Part shown: positions 1 through 8,438 of the stretch, piece after piece
Layout: each line of letters opens with the position of its first letter
Numbering within the stretch: the first letter of the stretch is position 1
Sequence record: SRR31156797_4018
Strand: one strand, 5' to 3'
Length of the DNA stretch: 20,000 nucleotides
Translations under genes and position numbers: made by a program
The notes under the pieces: model-generated
What the model was told of the DNA's origin: nothing
Databases searched by the model: none
Seen by the model: the letters and a program-made list of their open reading frames with translations, nothing else

Positions 1-1096
1 TTTGAGAGGCAATTGTCCTTTTCCAGATTAATGAATAAAGCTTTTGTTCTCCACTTTGAGCATCAACCATTTGATTTTGCATATAAGTTGGTCGAATTGC
101 CTCGTGAGCTTCTTGCGCCCCTTTTGCTTTAGTTGAATATCTTCTTGCTTTATGGTAATTCTCTCCAAAATTGGATTTAATTTCTTTTTCAGCAGCTGCA
201 ATAGCATCGTTTGAGAGGTTTACAGAATCGGTACGCATATAGGTAATATGACCAGCCTCATATAGCCGTTGAGCTAACGACATGGTTTGGGATACCGAAA
301 ACCCAAATTTACGTGCAGCCTCCTGTTGCAATGTTGAAGTAGTAAATGGAGCAGCAGGGCTCTTTTTACCGGGTTTTTTCAGAACACTTGAAACTTTGTA
401 ATCTAATCCTTTTATGTTCTCATAAAACTCATTTACTTGCTTAGCTGTTTTTAATCGTTTATTTAACTCTGCAGAAAGCTTAATTTTCCCAGATTGTTTT
501 TCTTCAAATTCTCCAACAACCTTAAATGCTGAAACTGGCTCAAAACCAATAATTTCACGTTCACGCTCAACCAATAGCCGAACAGCTACAGATTGCACTC
601 GCCCAGCAGAAAGAGATGGTTTAACCTTTTTCCATAATAGTGGTGATAACTCAAAACCAACTAATCTATCAAGTACTCTTCTGGCCTGTTGCGCATTTAC
701 TAGATTATAATCAATTTCTCTCGGGTTCTCTATTGCATGCTGAATAGCTTTTGGTGTAATCTCATGAAAAACAATTCGTTTTGTTTTTCCAGCCTCTAAT
801 TTTAAAACCTCGAACAAGTGCCATGCTATAGCTTCTCCTTCACGATCTTCATCAGATGCTAACCAAACCATCTCAGCATTCTTACTGGCATCTCTCAATT
901 CTTTGATAACATTTTTCTTATCAGAAGATTGAATGTATTTAGGTTTATATCCTTTTTCTTTATCTATTCCAAGATCCTTTTTTGCTAAGTCCCGAATGTG
1001 TCCATAACTTGACATTACAGTATAATCCTTACCCAAAAACTTTTCTATTGTTTTTGCTTTGGCCGGTGACTCAACTATTACCAGGTTTTTTATCAT
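1..1096 (-). CDS. topA: DNA topoisomerase I (type IA), 5' part; runs off the window's left edge
   Basis: Manual translation from the ATG at 1096 gives MIKNLVIVESPAKAKTIEKFLGKDYTVMSSYGHIRDL (TOPRIM start), ASDEDREGEAIAWH, SAGRVQSVA and AQRLYEAGHITYMRTDS (catalytic Tyr). Absent from the supplied ORF track because there is no stop in the window. Confidence 0.97.
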   Translation of the reverse strand, partial: MIKNLVIVESPAKAKTIEKFLGKDYTVMSSYGHIRDLAKKDLGIDKEKGYKPKYIQSSDKKNVIKELRDASKNAEMVWLASDEDREGEAIAWHLFEVLKLEAGKTKRIVFHEITPKAIQHAIENPREIDYNLVNAQQARRVLDRLVGFELSPLLWKKVKPSLSAGRVQSVAVRLLVEREREIIGFEPVSAFKVVGEFEEKQSGKIKLSAELNKRLKTAKQVNEFYENIKGLDYKVSSVLKKPGKKSPAAPFTTSTLQQEAARKFGFSVSQTMSLAQRLYEAGHITYMRTDSVNLSNDAIAAAEKEIKSNFGENYHKARRYSTKAKGAQEAHEAIRPTYMQNQMVDAQSGEQKLYSLIWKRTIASQ

Positions 1097-1199
1097 ATAA
1101 TCAGAGATTTTTATCAGCAATTAATCTAAAGTGCAAAGCTAACAGATTTAAAATTCAATATGTTTAATTTGAATAAATCTAATTTGCCAAACTTGGGCA

Positions 1200-1232
1200 C
1201 AAAAATAACAGAAAAGTATTAAGCAATGCAAA
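1200..1232 (-). promoter_or_regulatory. Bacteroidota primary-sigma promoter candidate for topA (-33 TTTG / -7 TAnnTTTG)
   Basis: The minus strand reads TTTG(1232-1229)-N21-TATTTTTG(1207-1200), which matches the consensus and spacing. A second -7 box, TAGCTTTG, lies at 1141-1134. Confidence 0.6.
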
Positions 1233-1369
1233 AATTGTATTTTTTCACAATTTATTAAGGATCATTTTAGTTAAGTAAAACAATAAATAAACCAGTAATA
1301 AATAATTATATTAAGCAAAATCAATCGTCCTTTTTTTGCCCAATATTTATAATAATAAGTTTTTACCCT

Positions 1370-1377
1370 TATTTTTG
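1370..1377 (+). promoter_or_regulatory. -7 promoter element candidate for PBP1A-gltX
   Basis: TATTTTTG(CA) 42 nt upstream of the ATG at 1420. No well-spaced -33 TTTG. Confidence 0.5.
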
Positions 1378-1419
1378 CAGATAAAATTGAGCCAATATTA
1401 AGCTTCTCAATCATAAATT

Positions 1420-3789
1420 ATGGAACAAACTGAAAATACAAAGCCAAAAAGAAAATATAAAAAGTTCGTAATAATCTTTTGGTCTATACTAATTCTCCCG
1501 GTTCTAAGCTTCCTAATTCTATTTTCTCTTATTGCTGGAGGTAAAATGGGATTTATGCCAACTTTTGAAGACTTAGAAAATCCAGACAACAATGTACCTT
1601 CACAGGTATATTCTGCTGATAAAGTGCATATTGCCAATTACTTTAGGGAAAACAGAACATATGTAACATTTGATGAATTATCTCCAAATGTAATTAATGC
1701 ACTTATTGCAACTGAAGATTATCGTTTTGAAAAACATGCTGGCATTGATGGTATTGCATTACTACGTGTGCTTTATGGAGTTGTTACAGGAAATCACAAA
1801 GGAGGTGGAAGTACAATCACCCAACAGTTGGCAAAAAACCTATTTCCAAGGGATACAACTAATTATGGGTCAAAAATGTCCTATTATGCCAATTTAACCC
1901 TAACAAAATTCAAAGAATGGGTGACTGCTGTTAAATTAGAACGAAATTATACCAAAGAAGAAATTCTTGTTATGTACCTAAATGAGGTTTACTTTGGTTA
2001 TCATTCTTTTGGAATTAAAATAGCAGCTAAAACTTTTTTTAACACAACACCAAATAAACTTACAGTAAATCAGGCAGCTACACTAATAGGCTTACTTAGA
2101 GCACCCTCTTACTATAACCCTGTAAGACATCCTGAAAGATCGAAACACAGAAGAAATGTAGTGTTAAATCAAATGAAGAAATATAATTTTTTAACACAAG
2201 AAGCTTTTGATACTTTATCACAAAAACCTGTGGAATTAAATTTCATGGTTCAGGATCATAATGTAGGTCTAGCCACTTACTTGAGAGAGCATTTAAGGTT
2301 AAAACTCAATAGGGATAATCCATTTGAGAAAGAATATAGAAATAAAAAACAATTTGAAATTGATTCAGCAAACTGGGTTGATGACCCTTTGTATGGTTGG
2401 TGTAAGAAAAATTTCAAACCCAATGGAGAACCTTATGATCTATACAAAGATGGCTTAAAAATATACACTACTATTGATTCTCGCATGCAAAAATATGCTG
2501 AAGAGGCCATGGTTGAGCATTTAAGCAAAGATCTTCAGGTTGCCTTTATGAATGAAAAAAAATACAGTAAAAAAGGGCCTTTTAGTGATGAATTAGAAAA
2601 AGAGCAAATAGAGCAAATCCTAAAAAACACAAAAAGACGAAGTGCAAGATACTGGAACATGAATAAATCAGGAAAGTCTGCTGAAGAAATTGAAAAGGCT
2701 TTCAATACGCCAACTGAAATGTCAGTCTTTAGTTACAATGGTGAAATAGATACTGTTATGACACCATGGGATTCAATTATGTATTATAAATACTTCTTAC
2801 ACAGCGGATTTATGGCTGTTGACCCACAAAATGGACACGTTAAAGCTTATGTTGGTGGTATTAATTTCAAACATTTCAAATACGATAATATTTCAGATGG
2901 AAAAAGACAGGTAGGGTCAACATTCAAGCCTTTCTTATACACACTTGCCATGCAAGAAGGTTATTCTCCCTGCTATAAAGTACCAAATGTACCCGTGACA
3001 TTTGCACTTCCGAATGGCGAAACCTGGACTCCTGAAAGTGTAGGTCCAGAAAGGTTTAAGAGAAAAACCATTACACTTAAAACCGGGCTTGCACACTCTA
3101 TAAATAACATTTCAGCCTGGCTAATGCAACAATTTAAACCTAAAGCGGTAATCGATATAACCAGATTAATGGGTGTAGAAAGTTATATTCCTGAAGTGCC
3201 TTCAATTGCACTTGGCTCAGCCGACCTTAGTCTTTATGAAATGGTAGGTGCTTATACTACTTATGCAAACAAAGGAATACATACAGAACCATTATTTGTA
3301 ACCCACATCGAAGATAAAAATGGTAATTTATTAGGAAAATTCCAGGCACGAAAAAACGAAGCTATTTCTGAAAATGCGGCATATTTAATGCTCAACTTAC
3401 TGGAAGGAGTTGTAAATGCCGGAACAAGTATTAGATTAAGGTTAACATATGAATTAGAAGGACAAATTGCAGGAAAAACCGGCACAACGAATAATCAATC
3501 TGACGGATGGTTTATGGGTATTGTTCCAAAACTTGTGGCCGGAGTATGGACCGGTGGTGAAGAACGCTCCATTCATTTCGATGGAATCTCGCTGGGACAA
3601 GGTGCAAATATGGCCCTTCCTATCTATGCCTTATTCTTGCAAAAAGTATATAATGATCCAGATCTAAATATTTCTCCAGAAGATGAATTCGAAAAACCTA
3701 AAAACTTTTTCATGAACCTTGATTGTGATGAGGAATTCGATGAAACACAAATTGATAAAGATCAGGATGATGATGAATTTTTTAATTAA
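1420..3789 (+). CDS. mrcA: Class A penicillin-binding protein (PBP1A family; transglycosylase + transpeptidase)
   Basis: N-terminal TM anchor; GT51 motifs ATEDYRFEKHAGID, GGSTITQQLAKNL and RKxxE-like FKEW; transpeptidase motifs STFK (SxxK), SIN (SxN) and KTG. Confidence 0.93.
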   Translation: MEQTENTKPKRKYKKFVIIFWSILILPVLSFLILFSLIAGGKMGFMPTFEDLENPDNNVPSQVYSADKVHIANYFRENRTYVTFDELSPNVINALIATEDYRFEKHAGIDGIALLRVLYGVVTGNHKGGGSTITQQLAKNLFPRDTTNYGSKMSYYANLTLTKFKEWVTAVKLERNYTKEEILVMYLNEVYFGYHSFGIKIAAKTFFNTTPNKLTVNQAATLIGLLRAPSYYNPVRHPERSKHRRNVVLNQMKKYNFLTQEAFDTLSQKPVELNFMVQDHNVGLATYLREHLRLKLNRDNPFEKEYRNKKQFEIDSANWVDDPLYGWCKKNFKPNGEPYDLYKDGLKIYTTIDSRMQKYAEEAMVEHLSKDLQVAFMNEKKYSKKGPFSDELEKEQIEQILKNTKRRSARYWNMNKSGKSAEEIEKAFNTPTEMSVFSYNGEIDTVMTPWDSIMYYKYFLHSGFMAVDPQNGHVKAYVGGINFKHFKYDNISDGKRQVGSTFKPFLYTLAMQEGYSPCYKVPNVPVTFALPNGETWTPESVGPERFKRKTITLKTGLAHSINNISAWLMQQFKPKAVIDITRLMGVESYIPEVPSIALGSADLSLYEMVGAYTTYANKGIHTEPLFVTHIEDKNGNLLGKFQARKNEAISENAAYLMLNLLEGVVNAGTSIRLRLTYELEGQIAGKTGTTNNQSDGWFMGIVPKLVAGVWTGGEERSIHFDGISLGQGANMALPIYALFLQKVYNDPDLNISPEDEFEKPKNFFMNLDCDEEFDETQIDKDQDDDEFFN

Positions 3790-3801
3790 AATATAAAGTA
3801 A

Positions 3802-5319
3802 ATGACAGTAAGAGTAAGATTCGCACCAAGTCCTACAGGACCATTACATATAGGAGGAGTAAGAACAGCATTATTTAATTATTTATTTGCTAAAAGAAAC
3901 AATGGAAAATTCCTTCTTAGAATTGAAGATACAGATCAGAGCAGATTTGTTGAAGGAGCTGAAGAATATATCATTGAATCATTAAATTGGTGTGGAATTA
4001 ATATAGATGAAGGGCAATCTGCAGGTGGAGAATATGGCCCTTATAAGCAATCCGAAAGAAAAGAGTTGTATAAAAAATATGCTGATGAGTTAATTGAAAA
4101 TGGTCATGCATATTATGCTTTTGACACTCCGGAAGAAATTGCAGAACTTCGTCAAAAAGCAGAGGCAGAAGGTGAAAATTTCATTTATAATTTTGAGTCT
4201 CGCCAGAAATTAAACAATTCGCTCACGATTAGCGATTCAGAAGTTAATGAAAAAATTCACAGTGGTACTCCATATGTCATTAGATTTAAAATACCTCAAA
4301 ATACAATCATTAAAATGAATGATATTGTCAGAGGCACTATTGAGGTTAACACAAACACATTAGATGACAAAGTTTTGTTTAAATCAGATGGTTTACCAAC
4401 ATATCACCTTGCAAATATTGTGGATGACCATTTAATGAAAATTTCACACGTAATTAGAGGCGAAGAATGGTTGCCATCACTCCCACTGCACTACATGCTA
4501 TATGATGCTTTAGGATGGAAAAATGAAAAACCTGTATTTGCTCATCTACCCCTATTGCTCAAACCTACAGGTAAAGGAAAACTAAGCAAACGTGATGGAG
4601 ATAAAATGGGGTTTCCAGTTTTTCCACTTGAATGGAAGGGAGAAGACGGCGAAATTTCCAGAGGATACCGTGAAGATGGTTACTTTCCTGAGGCTTTCAT
4701 CAATATGTTGGCGTTGCTAGGTTGGAATCCCGGAACAGAGCAAGAAATACTCTCAATAGAAGAAATGATTTCTCTATTTGATTTAGAAAAAGTACAAAAA
4801 GCAGGAGCCAGATTTGATCCTGAAAAAGCAAAATGGTTCAATCATAAATATTTACAAAATAAAACGGCAAACGAACTCTTAAACCCTTTCCAGAACTTAA
4901 TCCAAGAAAAAGGAATTGAAATCAATACTGAACGGGATTTAAAAATTATTGAAATGGTAAAAGAGAGGGCTTCATTTATATATGAATTATGGGATCATTC
5001 TTATTTCTTTTACGAAACACCCGTTGAATATGATGCCAAGGTGGTTAAAAAAAGATGGAAAAACAATGTTCCGGAAATCATACAAATTATTGGCAATGAG
5101 CTTTCAAAAAAAGACAAATGGTCTGCAGATGACTTAAAAGAAAGTGTATCAGATATAATAAACCAAAACGAAGTCGGATTTGGGGCAATAATGAATGCAC
5201 TAAGGTTATGTATAGTAGGTGGTGGAATAGGACCAGACTTATTTCAAATTATTGAAATAATTGGTAAAGAAGAAACCACAAATAGAATTAATAACGCTAT
5301 AAATAATTTAAAGAATTAA
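3802..5319 (+). CDS. gltX: Glutamate--tRNA ligase
   Basis: VRVRFAPSPTGPLHIGG (HIGH motif), LRIEDTD, DDHLMKISHVIRGEEW and KLSKR (KMSKS motif). Confidence 0.98.
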   Translation: MTVRVRFAPSPTGPLHIGGVRTALFNYLFAKRNNGKFLLRIEDTDQSRFVEGAEEYIIESLNWCGINIDEGQSAGGEYGPYKQSERKELYKKYADELIENGHAYYAFDTPEEIAELRQKAEAEGENFIYNFESRQKLNNSLTISDSEVNEKIHSGTPYVIRFKIPQNTIIKMNDIVRGTIEVNTNTLDDKVLFKSDGLPTYHLANIVDDHLMKISHVIRGEEWLPSLPLHYMLYDALGWKNEKPVFAHLPLLLKPTGKGKLSKRDGDKMGFPVFPLEWKGEDGEISRGYREDGYFPEAFINMLALLGWNPGTEQEILSIEEMISLFDLEKVQKAGARFDPEKAKWFNHKYLQNKTANELLNPFQNLIQEKGIEINTERDLKIIEMVKERASFIYELWDHSYFFYETPVEYDAKVVKKRWKNNVPEIIQIIGNELSKKDKWSADDLKESVSDIINQNEVGFGAIMNALRLCIVGGGIGPDLFQIIEIIGKEETTNRINNAINNLKN

Positions 5320-6236
5320 TGAGAGTCTAAAAGTTCGATATTTAAATTAAGATTTGCTTTCCCTTCTTTAAAAGTTATTCCATTAATTTCAAAAGATAAT
5401 ATATTGGAAGCCACACCTTGATTAAGCAAGGTTTGGCTTTCATAAACTTCACCCGTTTTCTTAATTCTCTCATTGATTCTTCGTGATTCTACGGCTATTT
5501 CTTCAATTAGCTGGCTTACAAAATGAACCCAAAGTCCATATTTGAAATATTGCTGTTTTCCAGCCTCAAGTTCTCGATAGTTATAGCGTAATTCAGGAAA
5601 TACATATTCTATATCATCAATCCAACTAGCGACTTCAATTTGGGTACCATGTTGATATATAGAGATATTATCCTGTGAATTAACGGTATCAATAAAAACA
5701 ATTCTTAACTCAGATTGGTCTTCATATTCAGTCGCACCACCCCATTCATACTCCATACGATATTTATCCAAAAATATTTCATATGATTTGCCAATAGTAA
5801 ACCCTACAAGAAAATCATCAGAAATCGGCTGAATGCGTATAATTGCCTCATTGAATCGCGTATAAAAAGTATCAACGACGCGAACTTCCGGAAAAACAGA
5901 ATCTATAATACTAACTTCAACAAAAGATTGAAATGTACCTCCCCCGCCTGAATACTCTTCTCCTACAAATTGATCGAATAATGATCTTACGTAAGCATTT
6001 CTTGAGAGATAGAATAATGCCAATGCTCTTTGATAGGCTTGCTCGGCGGCAGTAGCAGAATCCAGATCTGGATCAGATATTCCTATAGAGACAACTCCTA
6101 GTGAACTTCCATTGACTAAATATTCAGGTAAGTCTGAAGGACTTGCCCCATATTTATAATAATCATAATTAACACCCTGCGCAGCAAGGTTAAATGAAAG
6201 AAGTAAAAAACTTATAAATACAAAAATTCCCTTCAT
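5316..6236 (-). CDS. Secreted hypothetical protein
   Basis: 306-aa ORF with a Sec signal MKGIFVFISFLLLSFNLAA|Q (cleavage before Gln, typical of Bacteroidota). Its stop overlaps the gltX stop (TTAA at 5316-5319). Confidence 0.8.
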   Translation of the reverse strand: MKGIFVFISFLLLSFNLAAQGVNYDYYKYGASPSDLPEYLVNGSSLGVVSIGISDPDLDSATAAEQAYQRALALFYLSRNAYVRSLFDQFVGEEYSGGGGTFQSFVEVSIIDSVFPEVRVVDTFYTRFNEAIIRIQPISDDFLVGFTIGKSYEIFLDKYRMEYEWGGATEYEDQSELRIVFIDTVNSQDNISIYQHGTQIEVASWIDDIEYVFPELRYNYRELEAGKQQYFKYGLWVHFVSQLIEEIAVESRRINERIKKTGEVYESQTLLNQGVASNILSFEINGITFKEGKANLNLNIELLDSH

Positions 6237-6243
6237 AACATTA

Positions 6244-6281
6244 AAATAAGTTATCCGAAGATAATATATCTTAACTTATTT
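6244..6281. repeat. Inverted repeat / hairpin between the HIT gene and the secreted hypothetical gene
   Basis: AAATAAGTTA (6244-6253) and TAACTTATTT (6272-6281) are exact reverse complements. An inner AGATA/TATCT pair lies at 6259-6263 and 6267-6271. Confidence 0.6.
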
Positions 6282-6329
6282 GAAAAGAATTTATAGGTAT
6301 CGATATACTAACGAAATGTTAATAAATCG

Positions 6330-6722
6330 CTAAATAAGCGCTGAGATTTGATTTGCGATATCTTGCATTTCGCTGCCAGGCAACTCTAGCTTAGGATTAG
6401 CAAAGTTGATATCCTGCTCAGTTTCCAATGGAATTAAGTGAATATGAGCATGTGGTACTTCTAATCCAAGCACAACAACTCCAACCTTTTCACATGGAAA
6501 CACTTTCGCAATAGCTTTGGCAACCTTCTTGGCTACAATATTTAAACCACTTAGTTCTTCATCTTCAAGATCAAATATATAATCAACCTGACGTTTCGGT
6601 ATAACTAGTGTATGTCCTTTTTTAAGAGGAGATATATCCAAAAAAGCATAAAACTTTTCATCCTCATAGATTTTATATGATGGTATCTCTCCTTTTACTA
6701 TTTTAGTGAAAATTGTTTCCAT
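6330..6722 (-). CDS. HIT (histidine triad) family nucleotide hydrolase, Hint-like
   Basis: TIFTKIVKGEIPS, FLDISP, GHTLVIPK and the HAHIHL triad. Confidence 0.95.
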   Translation of the reverse strand: METIFTKIVKGEIPSYKIYEDEKFYAFLDISPLKKGHTLVIPKRQVDYIFDLEDEELSGLNIVAKKVAKAIAKVFPCEKVGVVVLGLEVPHAHIHLIPLETEQDINFANPKLELPGSEMQDIANQISALI

Positions 6723-6734
6723 AGCGCATATATT

Positions 6735-7214
6735 TTAGTCCATCGGGGATATTTCAAGAATTTCAAACTCTACATTTCCGGCCGGTACCTGAATCATAGC
6801 TTTATCTCCAACCTTTTTCCCAAGTAATCCTTTAGCAATTGGAGTATTAACAGCAATTTTCTGGTTTTTAAGGTCTGCTTCTGACTCAGACACGATTGCG
6901 TACTCCATTTCGGCCTTATTCTTAATATTCCTAATCTTGACCTTAGTCATTATCTGAACTTTTGTAAAATCTATCTTAGATTCATCTATTACACGAGAAT
7001 TTTGTACTAGTGTTTCCATTTTTGAAATCTTCAACTCCAATAACCCCTGCGCTTCTTTGGCTGCATCATATTCTGCATTCTCAGATAAATCACCTTTATC
7101 CCTGGCTTCAGCTATAGCTTGAGATGCCTTTGACCTTTCGACAGTTTTTAAATGGTTTAATTCATCCTTTAACTTTTTTAATCCCTCTTCTGTCACATAA
7201 TTCAACTTCGACAT
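6735..7214 (-). CDS. greA: Transcription elongation factor GreA
   Basis: ARDKGDLSENAEYDAAKE motif; C-terminal IAVNTPIAKGLLGKKVGD. Confidence 0.97.
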   Translation of the reverse strand: MSKLNYVTEEGLKKLKDELNHLKTVERSKASQAIAEARDKGDLSENAEYDAAKEAQGLLELKISKMETLVQNSRVIDESKIDFTKVQIMTKVKIRNIKNKAEMEYAIVSESEADLKNQKIAVNTPIAKGLLGKKVGDKAMIQVPAGNVEFEILEISPMD

Positions 7215-7254
7215 AGTTCAAAATTTTAATTTATTTCCTGATATAACATAAAAT

Positions 7255-7279
7255 AAAAAACCCACCCTTTTTGGATAGG
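7255..7279 (-). terminator. Weak intrinsic terminator-like hairpin in the greA leader
   Basis: The minus strand reads CCTATCC-AAAAA-GGGTGGG-TTTTTT: a 7-bp stem with two G.U pairs followed by U6, ending about 40 nt before the greA ATG. Confidence 0.45.
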
Positions 7280-7314
7280 AATATAGCACTTACAAATAAT
7301 TCTCTTGTTTTTTT

Positions 7315-7352
7315 AAAAAGAAAAGAATCCCGGAATACCGAGATCCTTTTCT
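7315..7352 (-). terminator. Rho-independent terminator of the TBDR-cargo-PorV-like cassette
   Basis: The minus strand reads AGAAAAGGATCTCGG-TATT-CCGGGATTCTTTTCT-TTTT. The two wobble pairs form G.U only on the minus-strand transcript. It starts 15 nt after the stop at 7368. Confidence 0.8.
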
Positions 7353-7367
7353 ATATTATAGTTCAAA

Positions 7368-8414
7368 TTACAATAATATTCTAGCACCTACAGAGTGTAC
7401 ACCCCCAAAGGCTTCAGTAGCTCTGAAAGAGTAATCTAAAGCAAATTTAGATCCACTTTCTTTGTTTAAAGGAACCATCACTGATAAACCACCAGTAGGT
7501 CCAGTGTAAACTGTAGAACGCTCATCTTCATCCAAAATACCTTCTTCATACATAAAACCACCTCTTACTTGTAAATACTCCATAAATGAGTACTCAAATC
7601 CAAGGTGTAAATTATCTTTTGTAAAAGAATTTGAAGTGAAAGCGGCAGCAACCTGTACAACATGAGTTTCTGTTTGAAGCACATCGTAAGATGCACCAAT
7701 TCTAATTAATGATGGTAATTCGAATTCACGCTCACGATACTCAATTGTTTGAAGAGTATTGTTCGGTGTATATCCTTTAAATGACATACCATCACCTCTA
7801 AATCTCATGGTTGGTCCAACATTTTGCATTGAGATACCAAACTTAAGTTGGTCATTTTCTCCAGCTACATATTGTATACCAGCATCAATAGCTATACCAT
7901 TAGCTTTAACGTTTGAGATGCTTTCGTTTACAACTTTCACAGCAACTCCACCATAGATAGAGTTTGAGAATTCTCTAGCATAAGCAATAGTAATATTAGT
8001 ATATGAAGGGCTAAAAGTTGACCCATCACCGTCAGGTAATTCAACGGTTGTTTTATCTATATCACCAAAGTTATATGCAACAACGCTACCAGATAAAGTT
8101 CCAGATTCACCAACGTGTTGTGAAAATCCAAAAGCATTCACACCAATACCAGCACCTGACAGATAATCAGAGTATGTGAATCCTAATTCAGTTTTCTTAG
8201 TAAATGCTGTACCGGCAACATTGAGGAAAATACCTTCTAATCCTTGAATAGAAGCTACATTAGCATTACCAAACCCGGAAGATGCAGCCCATGGATTAAA
8301 AAGTAACTCACTGGCTCCTGCTTCACCCGCACGCTCTTCATTTCCAGCGTACAAGTTTGGAGCAATAATCGAAAGTCCGATTACAGTAATTATTATAAAT
8401 GTTATCTTTTTCAT
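7368..8414 (-). CDS. PorV/PorQ-family outer-membrane beta-barrel (T9SS PorV/FadL-like paralog)
   Basis: Signal peptide MKKITFIIITVIGLSIIAPNLYA (ATG at 8414 preferred over 8423). N-terminal AGEAGASELLFNPWAASSGFGNANVA resembles the PorV-family hatch segment. Amphipathic beta-strands and family-type motifs GISMQNVGP, ELPSLIRIGASY, LGFEYSF, RGGF and LDYSF...FGGVHSVG. Confidence 0.8.
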   Translation of the reverse strand: MKKITFIIITVIGLSIIAPNLYAGNEERAGEAGASELLFNPWAASSGFGNANVASIQGLEGIFLNVAGTAFTKKTELGFTYSDYLSGAGIGVNAFGFSQHVGESGTLSGSVVAYNFGDIDKTTVELPDGDGSTFSPSYTNITIAYAREFSNSIYGGVAVKVVNESISNVKANGIAIDAGIQYVAGENDQLKFGISMQNVGPTMRFRGDGMSFKGYTPNNTLQTIEYREREFELPSLIRIGASYDVLQTETHVVQVAAAFTSNSFTKDNLHLGFEYSFMEYLQVRGGFMYEEGILDEDERSTVYTGPTGGLSVMVPLNKESGSKFALDYSFRATEAFGGVHSVGARILL

Positions 8415-8438
8415 AATCAACATGTTTCTTTTTTCTAA

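Noticed and set aside
982-1167. 61-aa plus-strand ORF
   Set aside because: Antisense to the 5' end of topA with no recognisable motifs; a shadow ORF.
1407-3667. Small ORFs 1407-1637, 1697-1897, 3261-3485 and 3467-3667
   Set aside because: All overlap the well-supported PBP1A gene in antisense or alternate frames, with no protein-like features.
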